This document shows, in pieces, positions 16,066-31,035 of a stretch of DNA of 64,000 bases. Origin of the DNA: Octopus sinensis (taxonomy: Eukaryota); contig NC_043003.1 in assembly GCF_006345805.1 (NCBI RefSeq), positions 34,224,001 through 34,288,000 of the forward strand, read 5' to 3'. Every line of letters begins with the position of its first letter. Position 1 is the stretch's first letter. The notes beneath the pieces are model-generated. The model saw only the letters and a list, made by a program, of their open reading frames with translations. It ran no database searches and was not told the DNA's origin. A program made the position numbers and the translations under genes.

Positions 16066-16178
16066 GAGGGAGAGAAAGATAGAGAGGAGAGAGAGTGAGA
16101 TAATACATAGATTAATAAAGAGATAGAGAGAAATAGAGGAAAGACAGGCAGACAGAACAGACAGATAGACTGATAGAT

Positions 16179-16235
<57 letters not shown>

Positions 16236-16258
16236 TATAGATAGATAGATAGATAGAT

Positions 16259-16317
<59 letters not shown>

Positions 16318-17756
16318 TATAAGCAGACCGATAGACCCAGCGAGATAGATAAATCAATTGAAATAATCGAGTGAATAATAAATCAGACTCGCATCTCAAG
16401 TGATGTAAGTTAAGATTTCGTTAGTGCTATTATGATTTGTTCCTTGGGCAAATTATTCATTTTACTTCGGTCTTTCTTGTTCCGTTAAGCTGTAAATTAT
16501 GTATGAATTGTGTTTGCAGCGAGATATAGTGATGGCAATCCTGGTGATATTGAGAAGGAAAGTATTCTCGAAAGATAAGTGTAACATATTCGATTAAACA
16601 ACGCAAAATTGAAACTCATAGATTTAGCAAAGCCCTGTATTTGTATGCACGCCACGCTAGCAATAGCAGTTAAACCTCACTCTCAAATCACAACATTTGA
16701 GTTTAAAACAAAAACAAAAAAAGGAATAAGCGGAAAATTTAACAACGGTATAATTACTCTGAAATGCCTTCTATTAGTGGTTCACTCAATCTTGGCTCGG
16801 CAAAACCATTTCTAAAATAGCATCAGATACGACAAACATAGTTATGCAATTTAATCCCATTTGAAAAGATCCGAAACTGATATGCTAGAATAAAAATCGA
16901 AAACGAGGAATCATCTAATGCAAAAATCAAGCAGAACATGAAGCTTTTACTGAAAAAAGTATGATATTGTTTCATTAAATTCGGCCATCAATTATATATT
17001 TGACTGGTACTAATTTTAATCAACTACGTACAGCTCAGAAGATGTAGATTTGAAATGGGGATATAAATCGGCCTCAGCACAATCTGCAAGGCGGTGGATT
17101 GATGGAAGTACAAGAATGTCGAACTGATTGCCTTTCAGAATTTTTTTCGTCTCTTTTGCGTTCTGAGCTCAAATCCTGAAAGATTTAATCCGTCGCCTAC
17201 CAACTCGTCTGTCTTTAGCCGGAGTCAACTTTGTTGTACACTAGGCATGCGCAAACCTGCGATCCGCAAGACTGAATAGAACGCCTAACGGAAAATTTCC
17301 TTGGAATTTTTCTATTTAAGGCAGAGCGATTCCGTTTTCGTAAAACATTGCTCATTCCACAAGTAAAGTATGAGACCAGATCTCCAACCTGAGGATAACT
17401 TCTCCCTCAACCCCTTCCACTAGTCTCGGATGATCTGTAAAGGATCATAGGCCCTGCTTTACGTCCCAAGTAAAAGATAAAATAAGCGTATATACTAAAG
17501 ATGACAATATCAGTACGTGCCATTCAATGTATACAATCACCTCTATTCTTTCTCACCACAACCACAGCCACAACCTTTATTGTTGGTAAAGGTTGTCGTA
17601 CCACAACCTTTACCAACAATACAACTAGAGATAATCACAGTATCACTGTTCATTGTCAGATGTACTAATAATACAACGATCAACGTCGTTACCTCATTGC
17701 ATTTCATTTCATTATTGTCCAAGCTAGTTGATATCGTCTTAACAGCCATTAGCACA

Positions 17757-18124
17757 ACAAACACAACTATAACCACGGCTACTAACCTCATGACTAGCAA
17801 CAAGAGTTTCTACGAGGTCCGTGACAAGCTAGAAATAGTAAGCAAATTTCTTTCAAATCAAACATTATTGTTTTTAAAGAGCAAGGACATTGCCGATAAG
17901 GTAGTCCCAGATATACTATGCCTGAAAATGCTCTAGGATCACAAACACAACTACAACCACAGCTACTAACCTCATGACTAGCAACAAGAGTTTCTACGTG
18001 GTCCGTGACCTGCTAGAAATAGAAAGCAAATTTCTTTCAAATCAAATATTATTGTCTTTAAAGAGCAAGGACATTGCCGATAAGGTAGTCTCAGATATAC
18101 TATGCCTGAAAATGCTCTAGGATC
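17757..18124 (+). repeat. Tandem duplication of a 184-bp unit containing dispersed repeat family E
   Basis: 17757-17940 and 17941-18124 both run ACAAACACAACTA...AAAATGCTCTAGGATC and differ by roughly ten substitutions. Confidence 0.95.
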
Positions 18125-19808
18125 ATAAAGGTTGGAATGCCTTTGATTATTATACATCAGTGCAAATAGCGCTGACTTCGAACTAAGCAAGAATTGTAAC
18201 AATGCAACAACACTATCAGCAACATCAAAACAGTGATGACATCATCATCATCGCAACATAATCGGCCATTTGCAATTGTCAGAAAACAAGCAAGAAAACA
18301 AGAACACCATATACTAACAATACAACAAAGAACGACCGTCACCAGTATAGCACCCCACCCATTACGGTTGCAAACTCTCCTATCAACATGTCCGCCAATA
18401 GCAACACAATACACCAAACTATATATATATATATATATATTATAATACAAGCACTCTTACGTCATTCAATAGGACGCCAAACCCCCTCCAGCTTCCCAAG
18501 TAACAAAGCCAATACCATTACTATAACTACCAACACTACCACCACCACCACCACCAACGCACTCATCGCCACCACCACCAACGCACTCATCGCCACCACC
18601 AGCTACGAATGTTATATTAATAAATTTTATAATAACAATATAAATAACGATAATAAAAAATTCATTAAAATTAATAACAACGATGACGACGGTGGGGGTG
18701 GTGGTGGTGGTGGTGGTGGTGGCGGTGAGGAGGAAGAGGAGGAGGAGGAGGAAGTAGAAGAGGGGGTGAGGATTTCTGTTCTAATAACAAAAATAACGAA
18801 AAAGTAACACAGCAACGTCATATACATATACGTGTAAGCATAAGCGCCGTTCCCTCCATATTTTCTTTTGTACACTGCCATCATTCAAAAAGCAATCCCG
18901 GAATTGGCAAAAATCTTCTTTATCTACCTCTTATCACATTTTTCGCTTTCTTTTATTTCGTTTTTAATTCTCCTGTAGTCCCCAAATACACTCACCCACA
19001 TGTGAATAAACAACTAAGAATTTCCATACATATACATACGCAAATATACAAACACTTATGTAAACGAATGCATGTATGGGTGCTGTATTTGTTATTTCTA
19101 TTCCGTTACACTTAAAGTCTATAATATATATATATATATGTATATATATATATGCATTTATGTATATATACGCGCACATAGTTTTCTCACTTAAATTATT
19201 GTTTTTCCTTGTATTTTTTTAAGTTCGTTGATTTTGTTTGTTTGTTTGTTTTGTTTATGTTTTTTTTTTTCGAATTTGATTCAATACTTCTTTTTTCTTC
19301 TTTCGATTTTTACAATTTACTTTTCAAATTCTTTTCCTTGTATGATTTTTGTCATAACGTTACACTTTCTTTATAATTTCTTTGTTTTAATACATATACA
19401 TACACATTAATATATATATATATATATTTACATACATAGATTCATACTTGCATGCGGACGCATATGTATGTACGCATACACACACAGATTCTCTCGACCA
19501 ATTCTTCATTTTCCAAAGATCTTCCATTTTGTTAAGTATCATCGTTTGATTATTCCAAATACCATCTTTTTTTCCTATCTTTATTTCGTATATTATTATA
19601 TTTCTTTATTTATCCACTATTTTTCCCCTTTATTTTATTTCAAATCATTATTTCAAATGATTATTGTTATGTTTGTTGCTGTTATTGTTGTTGTTGTTGA
19701 TGATGATGTTGTTGTGTTGTTGTTGTTGTTGTTGTTCTTCTTCTTCTTCTTCTCTTCTTCTTCTTCTTCTTCTTCTTCTTCTTCTTCTTCTGATTATTAT
19801 TATTATTA

Positions 19809-19859
<51 letters not shown>

Positions 19860-21258
19860 CCATTTAAAATATAACTTTTTTCTGTTTATTGCAACACCAC
19901 ATACGATGTAATATAAAGTTACATATAAACATTGTGTGTGTATGTGTGTGTGTACATATATATATATATATACATATATGTATGTACATATGTACATATA
20001 TACATACATACTTAGGTGCATACTGCATTAGCACACAACTTTAGCTGAGTTAAGTATATGAAGGTTTATGGGAAAATAACTAAATGTATGTAAATTCTAT
20101 ACACATAATATATTCAATATTTATGTATACATATGAAAAGAAGGGAGCAAATGCATATATATATAAATACATATATACATATATATATATACATACATAT
20201 GTATACACACATAAATCTACACACATATGTATGTGTGTGTATGTTGTATGTATGTATGTATGTATGTATGTATGTATGTATGTATGTATATGCAAGCATA
20301 TATATGCATTCATGCATACATGCATATATATACATAGAAAAACAGAGAGAGAGAGAGAGAGAGAAAGTAATGGCTAAGTGGTTAAGAAGCCTGCCTCGTG
20401 AAATGAGGTCCTCTGTCTGATTTACAAAATGGTATCTTAAATATGTCTCATTTTTGCTTTAAGATAACGAAGCGCCCGACACCTTAGAGAGAATTTGGGT
20501 TTCAGGGGAAATCGAGGAAATTCGTTGAGTGTACAGTATCTGTATCTCAATGTATATTTTTTGTCACACACACTGTAATGCTTGTTCTGCAGGAGATTTA
20601 CATAAAGAGTGAAAAGGTTAGAGAGAATATTCTCTCACTAATTCTATACAATTCAATGCAATACTCATCGGGAAAACCGATGGTGATCCATGTAGTTTTA
20701 TTTCGTGTGTGTGTGTGTGTGTTCATATTTGTGTGTGTTCATGTGTGTGTGTATGTGTATGTGTGTGTGTGTGTGTGTGTATGCTTGAACATATGTGTAT
20801 GTAAATAGTTATATCAGTGTATTGATCTATCTGAGATGAATTCATGATATACTACAAAATAATTAAAATAGATATTCTATTACATGTCACTGCGTAGAAA
20901 TGTGAAAGCTATATAGGTTTGTATGCGCTGATGTGAGATGTTTGCATTCACGTATGTGTGCATGCGTGTTTATGTGTGTTTATCTGTGCTTTCGTGTCGC
21001 ATGTATTGGATTGGTGGTACAAACCGAAGAAATGGAACTCAATACAAAAGAAGAGCTCATATATCTATTTGATAGTTGCATAAAGCTATATAAGTGACTC
21101 AAGTTTCAATCAAACGAGCTTGAACAAAATTTGATAAGTGCGTCCGCAGGAAACTTTTGCCTATTGAAACTCAGGCGTAGCTTCATAAATAAATGCAAAC
21201 ACTCTCATATAGATATGCGCACAGACACATTGATGTGCTGGAAGAAGTGTAACGATCA

Positions 21259-21292
<34 letters not shown>

Positions 21293-23325
21293 CATATATA
21301 TAATACAAACTTTATAACAAGCTTCACGAAAATGTCACAATATCGGTATAGATTTCTGCTATCCACTCAAATCTTTTAAAAATCAAATTAATATCATCAA
21401 TTTTTCTAGCCTTTCATGAAATCAATAATTCTTCAATAATGTGTCTCCTACTACAACAGTGCACTAAATCCTATTTGTTTCTGGTCCTGAAGAGGACCAG
21501 ATGTCAGTGATATATATATATGTGAGATTGCTATAAGTGATTATCGAAGTTTGTGATGGCTAAACTGCGTGGCGACTTTCGAGCGTTTTAGTTGTATATT
21601 GTTCATGATCAAAAGAAGCAGACCACGCGCATGTTTCCTTTATAATATTACATTTGTTATTGTGTAGCCCCAGATCAACCTTAATCGAGCAGACAAATGA
21701 CCAAATATATTCCATTCTCGAGCGTACCGGTTTTTATTTAATTATAGTGTGACTGGGGCAGCAATGTTTAATATGTTCTCATTTCTAAATCATTATGGAT
21801 TAATATATATTTAGTCCAAATTTTCTGAAAGTTATATAATAGATAGAAGAGTTACTGCTTAATATACTTTTTCCCTTACTGAACAGTATGCCTTCTAAAG
21901 GGGAAAATAAATAGTCACTCAAGCTACGTAGCTGTAATTAGGTACCTTAGTAAAGTAAAATCACCTTAATGCCGACTATGTGAGCAACATTTGACTAATG
22001 TTATAGCCATTATAAAACACTCTGACAACATGTGTCTTTTTCAAGAACTTTAGCTGAGTAGGGCAAAATAACTATAATCAGAAATCTAGAATCATTCCAC
22101 ATTACGTAACTTTCAGCAGGACGTCAAAAGAAATCCCAGTGCCGCATTTGATTTCTTCCATGAGAAAATTTGTATTGTGCCTGATGTAGTAATCGTCATT
22201 GTGAATTCGTGTATTTCAATAAATCAAACAGTTCCTATCGCTTTCTGGTTTGACAAATACCTTATTTCTTCTCTTTTAGCGGCATTAAACAAGCACTGTG
22301 TTTTATATGAACGCAACAAGGCACATTACAAACATAAACTTGCAATTTATAAGATTATTTTCAGTAACTTGAAGTCCTGTTTAGGCGGGAAGAACCATGA
22401 AACTAACTTGCTAACTTTCAAATCATATCCAATACCAAATACTACTAAACTAAAAGGTCATTGGTGCTAGCATATTGCTATTATCAAACAGAGATAACCT
22501 CTCCATGTGAGAGAAGCGTCGAAAGCAACAAGCTTGTAATATTGAGTAACGTGTTTCTGTCACATAGTTGAATGGGATTAATAACTGAATCGAAGAATAT
22601 GTGCAAAAGACTTGAAGTAACTGAATAATTTCAATTTAGACAGAACTTATTTTGAGATAAGGCATTCAATGGTGAAATGAAATTCGATAGTTATATGGCT
22701 TTCTTCAGAGACTAGGAAGGAAATGGAATTGTCAGGATTCCAAGTACAGTCAGTCAGCCAATCATTCTGAGATTTGTTTACATCATTTTAACACTGTTAA
22801 GAGTTATGATACTTATTCAGTCAGCACCACATGCTTCACCAAATTTTCAAGAACTATTTGTTACATGTATTTTGGTAAAAACCTCAAACATATGAACAAA
22901 ACAATATGTTCCTTTCTTTTTCTCCATTGGTCGATGTCTCCAATCGAGAGTATATAAGTGATTACTTCAGTGATTGAATAAAAAGGAAGGAAAGAAAACT
23001 AGCCATAACTGCTACATCACTGTAAAACGTCTCACCTAGTGGCCTCTTAAAACATGGTTCAAAAGGCAGTTAGCAGGAGACGTAACGAGTCTGAGGATCC
23101 ATGCTAACCTACGTTTGTTGCAGTTGTGTATATAGTCCCAGTGTATTGCATTGCTCAGGGGCTTATAATATATACTTAACTCCTTTTCTGAACCCAGAGC
23201 ACCATGAACAAAATAACACAGCTATTGCTAAATCATGTTTCATAAGAAGTCACTAGGATATGCCTACGCCAAAGTAGCGTTTTAAGCGTGTGTGAGAGTG
23301 AGTGTAAACATACATACACACGCGC

Positions 23326-23366
<41 letters not shown>

Positions 23367-23368
23367 CA

Positions 23369-23454
23369 GGTGTAGGAGTGGCTGCGTGGTAAGTAGCTTG
23401 CTTAAGAACGACATGGTCCCGGGTTCAGTCCCACTTGGGCAAGTGTCTTCTACT
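23369..23454 (+). mobile_element. SINE family A 5' fragment
   Basis: GGTGTAGGAGTGGCTGCGTGGTAAGTAGCTTGCTT..CCGGGTTCAGTCCCACTTGGGCAAGTGTCTTCTACTA. Confidence 0.85.
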
Positions 23455-23750
23455 ACACACAACACATATATATATATGAATATATATATATATATATCTA
23501 TATATATATACTTGAACACAAGACACACAACGCATATATATATACATATATATATGTATATATATACATAAACATATATATATCTGTGTTTGTGTGTGTG
23601 TGTTTGTGTGTTGTGTGTGTATGCATACATATATGTACATTTTATGTTATATACACATACGTTTACATAAATACATACACAGATTCGTATATACATACAC
23701 ACACAGACGCACACACACACATACACACACACACACATATATATATATGA

Positions 23751-23819
<69 letters not shown>

Positions 23820-24795
23820 TTGAACACAAAGACACACACGCATATATATATAATATATATATGTATATATATATACATAAACATATATATATCTGTGTTT
23901 GTGTGTGTGTGTTTGTGTGTATGTGTGTGTATGCATACATATATGTACATATGTATGTATATATACACATACGTTTACATAAATACATACACAGATTCGT
24001 ATATACATACACACACAGACGCACACACACATACACACACACACAGACATATATATATATATATGTGTGTGTGTGTATGTATGTACATATGACATTTTGA
24101 ATCCGCTCCACATGACTAAATGACTTAAGGTTTCATAGGCGCATAGGATACGACTATCTTGTTAAATATTCGGAGACAGAGATGAACATGTCCTGCTCGT
24201 CCACGAACCATTTATTGGATGGAAGCCGAGTTAAACTATTTTTAAATGCATAAAAAAAATGCAACACCAATCAACTGTCTTGAGTGCTACTTGCGTTTCT
24301 TCATTTACACGTGTACAAACACACCACACACACAGACACACACGCATATATAGATTTATAGACACACATACACATACATATATATATATATATATACAGA
24401 CATATATATAACTATCTATCTATGGCTATCTATCTCTCTATGTTTACGTATGTATATATGACACACCCAAATATGTATGCATCGATGTACGAATGCCTGT
24501 ACGTTGTGATGTAAAGAGATTTCTACATAAGTTCTGCATTCTCTGTTTATATATTTGTTCATTCATAATCGATTTTTTTTTTCATCTTAGTTCCTGCCAC
24601 ACCTTATCTACTGCCTTCAATGGACAACGAATATAGATAGTTATGGCATTCCAATGCAACTCAAATGAAAACTTGAATAAAATTCTAAAATACAATCCAA
24701 TATTGTATAGATGTCATCTTCTTGGCAAGTTCCCTTGTGGCTATGTATTGATTGTCGTTTCCCAGAAGTAAGATAGATATCTAGATATCTGCACA

Positions 24796-24845
<50 letters not shown>

Positions 24846-26022
24846 TCACACACTCACACACACATATATACATGCGCTTGTGTCTAAAAATTATGAGAGT
24901 GTAATTGTGTGTTTCTATGTGTATATATATGTACATATATTAACCCACATGGTTACCCACATATATGTATTGTGCAAGATATGAAATATAATGATAGAAA
25001 CGTAATGAAGCACATTTTGTATATCTTATTCTTGTGATATATCTATATCTATCTGTATGTCTGTGTGTATATGTATATATATATATATATCTATATATAT
25101 ATATATATATATACACATGGATGTACTCATGGATATACATGTATATACATGTGCACATACATATATTCATTTTTATATGCATTTACATACATATGAATAA
25201 ATAAATGAAACTATATATATGTGTATGTACATATGTATACATGCATACATATATATATATATGTTTTAGTTAGTTGGGTGGGTTGGTGTGTGTAAGATGT
25301 GTATTAGCGAATTAGAGTTAGGGAGACAGAAAGTGTAAGAGACGGGAAGAGAAGCGGAATGCACAGTATAAGATTATTAACGTCTCTACCTTGCACCAAT
25401 ATATAATTGCACACGGAGATACATTCTTATCTTATACTTCCTTCTACACAACATAAGACAATGCGTATGATGTTTAAATTAACATATGAGACATTTGATG
25501 ACGAACAAGTGCATGCGTTTCAATATGTAATATGCATGTATGTATGCAGGTTTCCATGCTTACATACGAACATGTACCCACATCTTTTGAATATAGCGAT
25601 TCATATGAGATTGCGTGTGTTAGGAAGAAAGTGTTGTGTCCGTAAAGATATAAATCTAATACCCAACAGCTTGTTGCATCTTCTATATCGTGCACAATAT
25701 GGGAGGGAGTATTACAGAACCATATAGGCTTCATTATCCACTGCTTGACACCAGATCAGGCCAGAAGACTAATCATGAAGGACAATTTCTAGTGTCGGTC
25801 ATCTTTCACACATATACGTATGTGTGTGTATATATGCATGTATGTATATTTCTGTGTACATACAGACTTAAATACATTAGCATACACACATATGTGTGTG
25901 TGTGTGTGTATTTACATGATTTTAACACATATGAAAATGCAAGTTTGGAGGAGTAAGTTTCTTTTTACGTGAAAGTGAAAGTGAATGTATGGACTATCTT
26001 CAAATAGTGTATCCACGTATAT

Positions 26023-26066
<44 letters not shown>

Positions 26067-26228
26067 ATAATATATATATATATATATTATATATAGATAT
26101 ATATATTATATATTTATATATATAATATTCCCTGCTTCCATCAGTCCTGACGCCTATCATAATAATACTGTAATTGTTCCTGGAGTTGTTTTTTTTGTTT
26201 CCTTTGGGATTAAAATATATATATATAG

Positions 26229-26259
<31 letters not shown>

Positions 26260-26288
26260 TAGATATATATAGTATTATATATATATAT

Positions 26289-26338
<50 letters not shown>

Positions 26339-26390
26339 TATATTATATATTATATATATATAATAATATATATATATATATACTATATAT

Positions 26391-26698
26391 GTGGAGGCGC
26401 AATGGCGTAGTGGTTAGGGCACGGACTCGCGGTCGCAGGATTGCGGTTTCGATTCCCAGACCGGGCGTTGTGAGTGTTTATATTGAGCGAAAACACCTAA
26501 AAGCTCCACGATGCTCTCACAGGGGGTGGTAGTGATCCCTGCTGTACTCTTTCACCAATCTTTCTCCCACTCTTTCTTCTGTTGGCCTGCTTCGCTTAGC
26601 CAGCGGGGTGGTCTTCGAAGGCTAAAACAATGCGAACGCTTGTGACCAGCGTGTTAACAACATCTGATGGTCTGGTATGTCACGTGATCACGTGATAT
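26391..26698 (+). mobile_element. tRNA(Arg)-like-headed SINE, family C, tail type 1
   Basis: Head GTGGAGGCGCAATGGCGTAGTGGTTAGGGC..GACTCGCGGTC..GTTTCGATTCCC has A and B boxes and a TCG anticodon-like loop. Ends in (CACGTGAT)2. Inserted in (TA)n. Confidence 0.88.
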
Positions 26699-26899
26699 AA
26701 TATAATTATATCTATTATAATACATATATATGCAATATACACGTGTAGCGAAGTTATAAAATAGTAGGTAAAATAAAAATTCTTTTTTTATATAGTGAGA
26801 TGAAGGGCCTCTATCTCTAAATGAAAATATATATTTCCTCATTGAGAATAGTTTGAACCCCTCTTATGCGGAATTTTTATTCCCTAGCAATAAAATTAA

Positions 26900-26936
<37 letters not shown>

Positions 26937-26950
26937 TATATAATATAATA

Positions 26951-27033
26951 CATGAATCATATGCGAGACGAATCCTAAACCATAGCCTTGAGAGAATCAA
27001 TTCATAAATGCATACACATACATACACTTGTTC

Positions 27034-27085
<52 letters not shown>

Positions 27086-27165
27086 GCACAAGTGTATGTA
27101 TGTGTATTTTATGAATTGATTCTATCAGGCTAAATGGTTTAGGATTCCGCCTTGCAATCATGAAT
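26951..27165. repeat. Imperfect inverted repeat (~85-bp arms) centred on (AT)n
   Basis: Left arm GAATCCTAAACCAT..GAATCAATTCATAAA..CATACACTTGTTCGTGCA is the reverse complement of right arm TGCACGCACAAGTGTATG..TTTATGAATTGATTC..ATGGTTTAGGATTC. Confidence 0.9.
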
Positions 27166-27833
27166 TCCTGTATAACTCGATCTTATTTTGGGCAAACGTT
27201 TTTCGCTATAAGATATTTTCTTTTAATTGTTTTAGGAGAAAGATATTGAAGCCATACGGATGGACTCTACTTATAAATCATAACCTCAAGCTAGTCACAA
27301 ACTGTGCCACGATAATTCTGCTTGAGAATTACGTTAAAGATTACTGCGTCTGTGGTGTACTCGACCACTTGCATCTACATTTCAATGACTGAATAAACGA
27401 AAGAATCAGCATTGAAATCGGTGTAGATCCACCTATATACATTTAGCTACAATATTTGCTTGCAAATATTGTATGTGCAAATCATATGTTCACATATATG
27501 TAATTGAGTTTGTGTGTGTTTGCATGTATTTATTCATGTATCCGAGAATGTATGTGACGCATACAGATTGTTTGTTACGCATATAGGTAGCTATATATAT
27601 ATGCCTGAATGTGAGCGTATGTATGATTACGTATCGTGCGTATGTATGATACATTCAATGGTTTTAAGTATAAAAACACGTTTTTTTCACCTTTTCAAAT
27701 AAATTTCTATCGTTAAAACTAAAGATCGAGTGGAAAATACGGGAAGCACAAAAAAAAAAAATAATAATAATAAAAATAATAAAATAATCATGAATTATAT
27801 ACATATATATATGAATTATATAATGTGCGCAAT

Positions 27834-27866
<33 letters not shown>

Positions 27867-27988
27867 GTATTAAATAAAAACACACACACACACACACACA
27901 CACATATTATATATATATATTATATATATATATATATAATATATATATATATTGTAATATAAATACACCACACACACACACACACATA

Positions 27989-28042
<54 letters not shown>

Positions 28043-28549
28043 GTGTGTGGTGTATATGTATGTGTGTGTGTACATACATGCAACATAAATATACGCGTAC
28101 ATACGTATGAAACTGATAAAGGAATTTAAAAAGAAACGAAAGCTTAACAAAAGAAATTTAGAAACGTAGAATAAGTGTGAAAGTGTGTATGCGTGTAAAA
28201 ATGTGTGAAATTTTCTGCGTGTGTGACTGTGTGAAATATTTATCATTCTACAAGGAGCGAATAAGTATTTATAAGTATTTGTTTTGAGAATGTATGTATA
28301 TCTGTGAGGAGCTGGGTTGGAGGCAAATATTGTATATGTGCGTGGTTTAAAAAAAAAAAAAATTTTTATAGATTTACTATGTATTGACAAATATGTGTAT
28401 TGGGTATATGTTTGTGCGATTATATGGAGGGTCGGGCCTATTAAGCATGCGTGTGTGTATTCGTGCGACTGTTACATTTAAAGTGAAGGCCAATAGTTAT
28501 TTTATAGATAGATAGAGGGACTGAGGGAGGGAAAGATAGATAGATAGAT

Positions 28550-28658
<109 letters not shown>

Positions 28659-28717
28659 CAGACAAATTGGTCGATAGAAAGATAGACATACAAACAGAAA
28701 TATATAGGTAGATAGAC

Positions 28718-28812
<95 letters not shown>

Positions 28813-29150
28813 TAAAGGTTGAGATTATATGGTATACATAGAAAAAGAAGATTGAAATAGAGCAAGTGAAATAGAATAACAGACACAGAGAGAAGGATAG
28901 AGAGGGAAAGAGGGAAAGCGAGAGGGCTTTGAATGGTCCTACACGCATATAAATACATCATGAAGTTAATAACATCTTCAAGAAGATCAATACCAGAGGG
29001 AAAAGTGACATAAGGCTGTGTAAATTTCATACCTTTGTGTTATACTTAAGGACATTTTCAATTTGAAGGTACGGGGTTAGTTGTTGCCTGGTTTCGACCA
29101 TTAATGGCTAAAACATACTACAGGACTGCGACAGCCAATGTTTAATATTA

Positions 29151-29380
29151 TATTTCTTTATTGCCCACAAGTGGTTAAACATAGAGGGGACAAACAAGGA
29201 GAAATGGATTAAATCGATTACATCGGCCTCCGGTGCGTAACTGGTACTTATTTAATCGACCCCCGAAAGGATGAAAGGCAAAGTCGACCTCGGTGGAATT
29301 TGAACTCAGAACATAAAGACAGACGAAATACCGCTAAGCATTTCGCCCCGCGCGCTAACGTTTCTGCCAGCTCGCCGCCT
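29151..29380 (-). mobile_element. SINE family B (full length)
   Basis: Reverse complement of GGCGGCGAGCTGGCAGAAACGTTAGC..GAGTTCAAATTCC..GGTCGACTTTGCCTTTCATCCTTTCGGGGTCGAT..GGGCAATAAAGAAATA. Matches 36756-36985 and 54454-54685. Confidence 0.9.
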
Positions 29381-30991
29381 TCCGAGCTTGTTTAATGGTT
29401 AGTATTACAATTAATGTTTAATATTACAATTTCAAACACATCCAGTGAAGAGCCGCCAATGTCTGGCCACCTTATTTACACAACCTGTAGAAATAGTAGC
29501 CAATTCTATTCGATTATCCTTCATAATGAAGGATATATTGTATAATGTTTTTCTAGATATAAATCGTGATAATTTTGCAAGTGCTAGAAATCGTTCACCA
29601 TAAGTTCGTTCGTTCATGACTGAACAGCAAAAAGTAGTAACATTGCAATGAATATAGCATGCTCCTAACCGACAATATTTCGAAGACACTTTGATTTGCT
29701 ATCACCTCGCTAACACCACTATGATCTATTACAGGGTTTCTTAAGCAATTTGTTTTCTCACTTCTGGATGGCAACTAAACACTACTTCACGGTCAACAAA
29801 TAAGTTTTTATGGGCATTCGGTGAATAACACCCTCGTTAATTACAGATACCCATAAGAGTAGCTCACTGCATCTCTGATATGCTTATGTTTATAGGCATG
29901 TGAAGGGCAGCTGCCGCCACGTAATCTCACTATAGGTTCGAAGCTGAGACATTTTGGTTGTAAAGTGAAGCGAAATACTTAACCACGCAGCCATACCAGC
30001 GCCCATAATTACATTAATTTTTCAATCTACCGCCTTACTAGATTTCATATTTCAGGTCAATCTCTCATGCTCGCCAATTAAATATTTTAGTTGCTGCCAT
30101 CAACTAATTCTATCCAACCCACTTACATCATAAGCTTCTCCCTCTCTCTAGCACACTTTATCCACTGTCGTTCTACTTTCACTTTCCTTAAACATTTTCC
30201 ATCTATTTCTGCATACATAGACACTTTCTTTAACAACACTCCATCTCAGCCAGCCTCACTCACTCCATCTCTCTTGTTCGATCTATCTACTTCTCAATAC
30301 ACACTTATATATAAGCACATATAAAACGCATACACAGACTACATCCATCTATATCTGTCTGTTTCTCATTCACACTCATCAAGTCTACTCTCTAAGCGTA
30401 TCAGCTGAACCAAAATATTTCTCTCGGCTGTCGAGGCCCCGTGGTTCGGTTTTGATGTGTGAGACAGTAGAAGCAAAGAGGAAATGGTAGGTTGGTGTGT
30501 GGTGTGACGAAGAGATGGAAGGTTATCAAAGAAATTCTTTATGAACAGTAAGAAAGATAAAAGAAGAGATGAGAAATCAAACAGAAGAGGAAAAAATATA
30601 TATAGCGGTATACATACATGTATACACATACACACGCACACACACACATACACACACAAACATACACGTGCGTGTATGTATACAGTCAGATTTTTGTATA
30701 TAAATTTCCATATATATACAGACCTGAGCATACGAGTATACGTAGGTAATGCTATAGATCAAATATATATATATATATACCTGGTGTATATATGCAGGGA
30801 CATAAATATATATGTACACGTATGCTCTATATGTATGTACAAGTGTGCACGTGCGTTATTGAACATATATATGCATATGCACAAAAATATATTGTGTGCG
30901 TACATATATATTTATATATATGTATATATACAAACACATATATATGTATGCATATGTATATGAATATACGTATATATATATATATATATAT

Positions 30992-31035
<44 letters not shown>

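Noticed and set aside
21820-23250. 1.4 kb of microsatellite-free sequence, possibly a decayed transposase
   Set aside because: No recognisable protein motif or termini by eye; TBLASTX would be needed.
23458-24062. ~300-bp duplication of compound microsatellite sequence
   Set aside because: The junction lies in a noisy (TA)n tract and follows a truncated SINE, so it is probably an assembly or slippage product with no functional signal.
26395-26470. tRNA-like sequences (also 34185-34255 and 51905-51975)
   Set aside because: These are SINE heads: the acceptor stem is incomplete and they run on into the repeat body.
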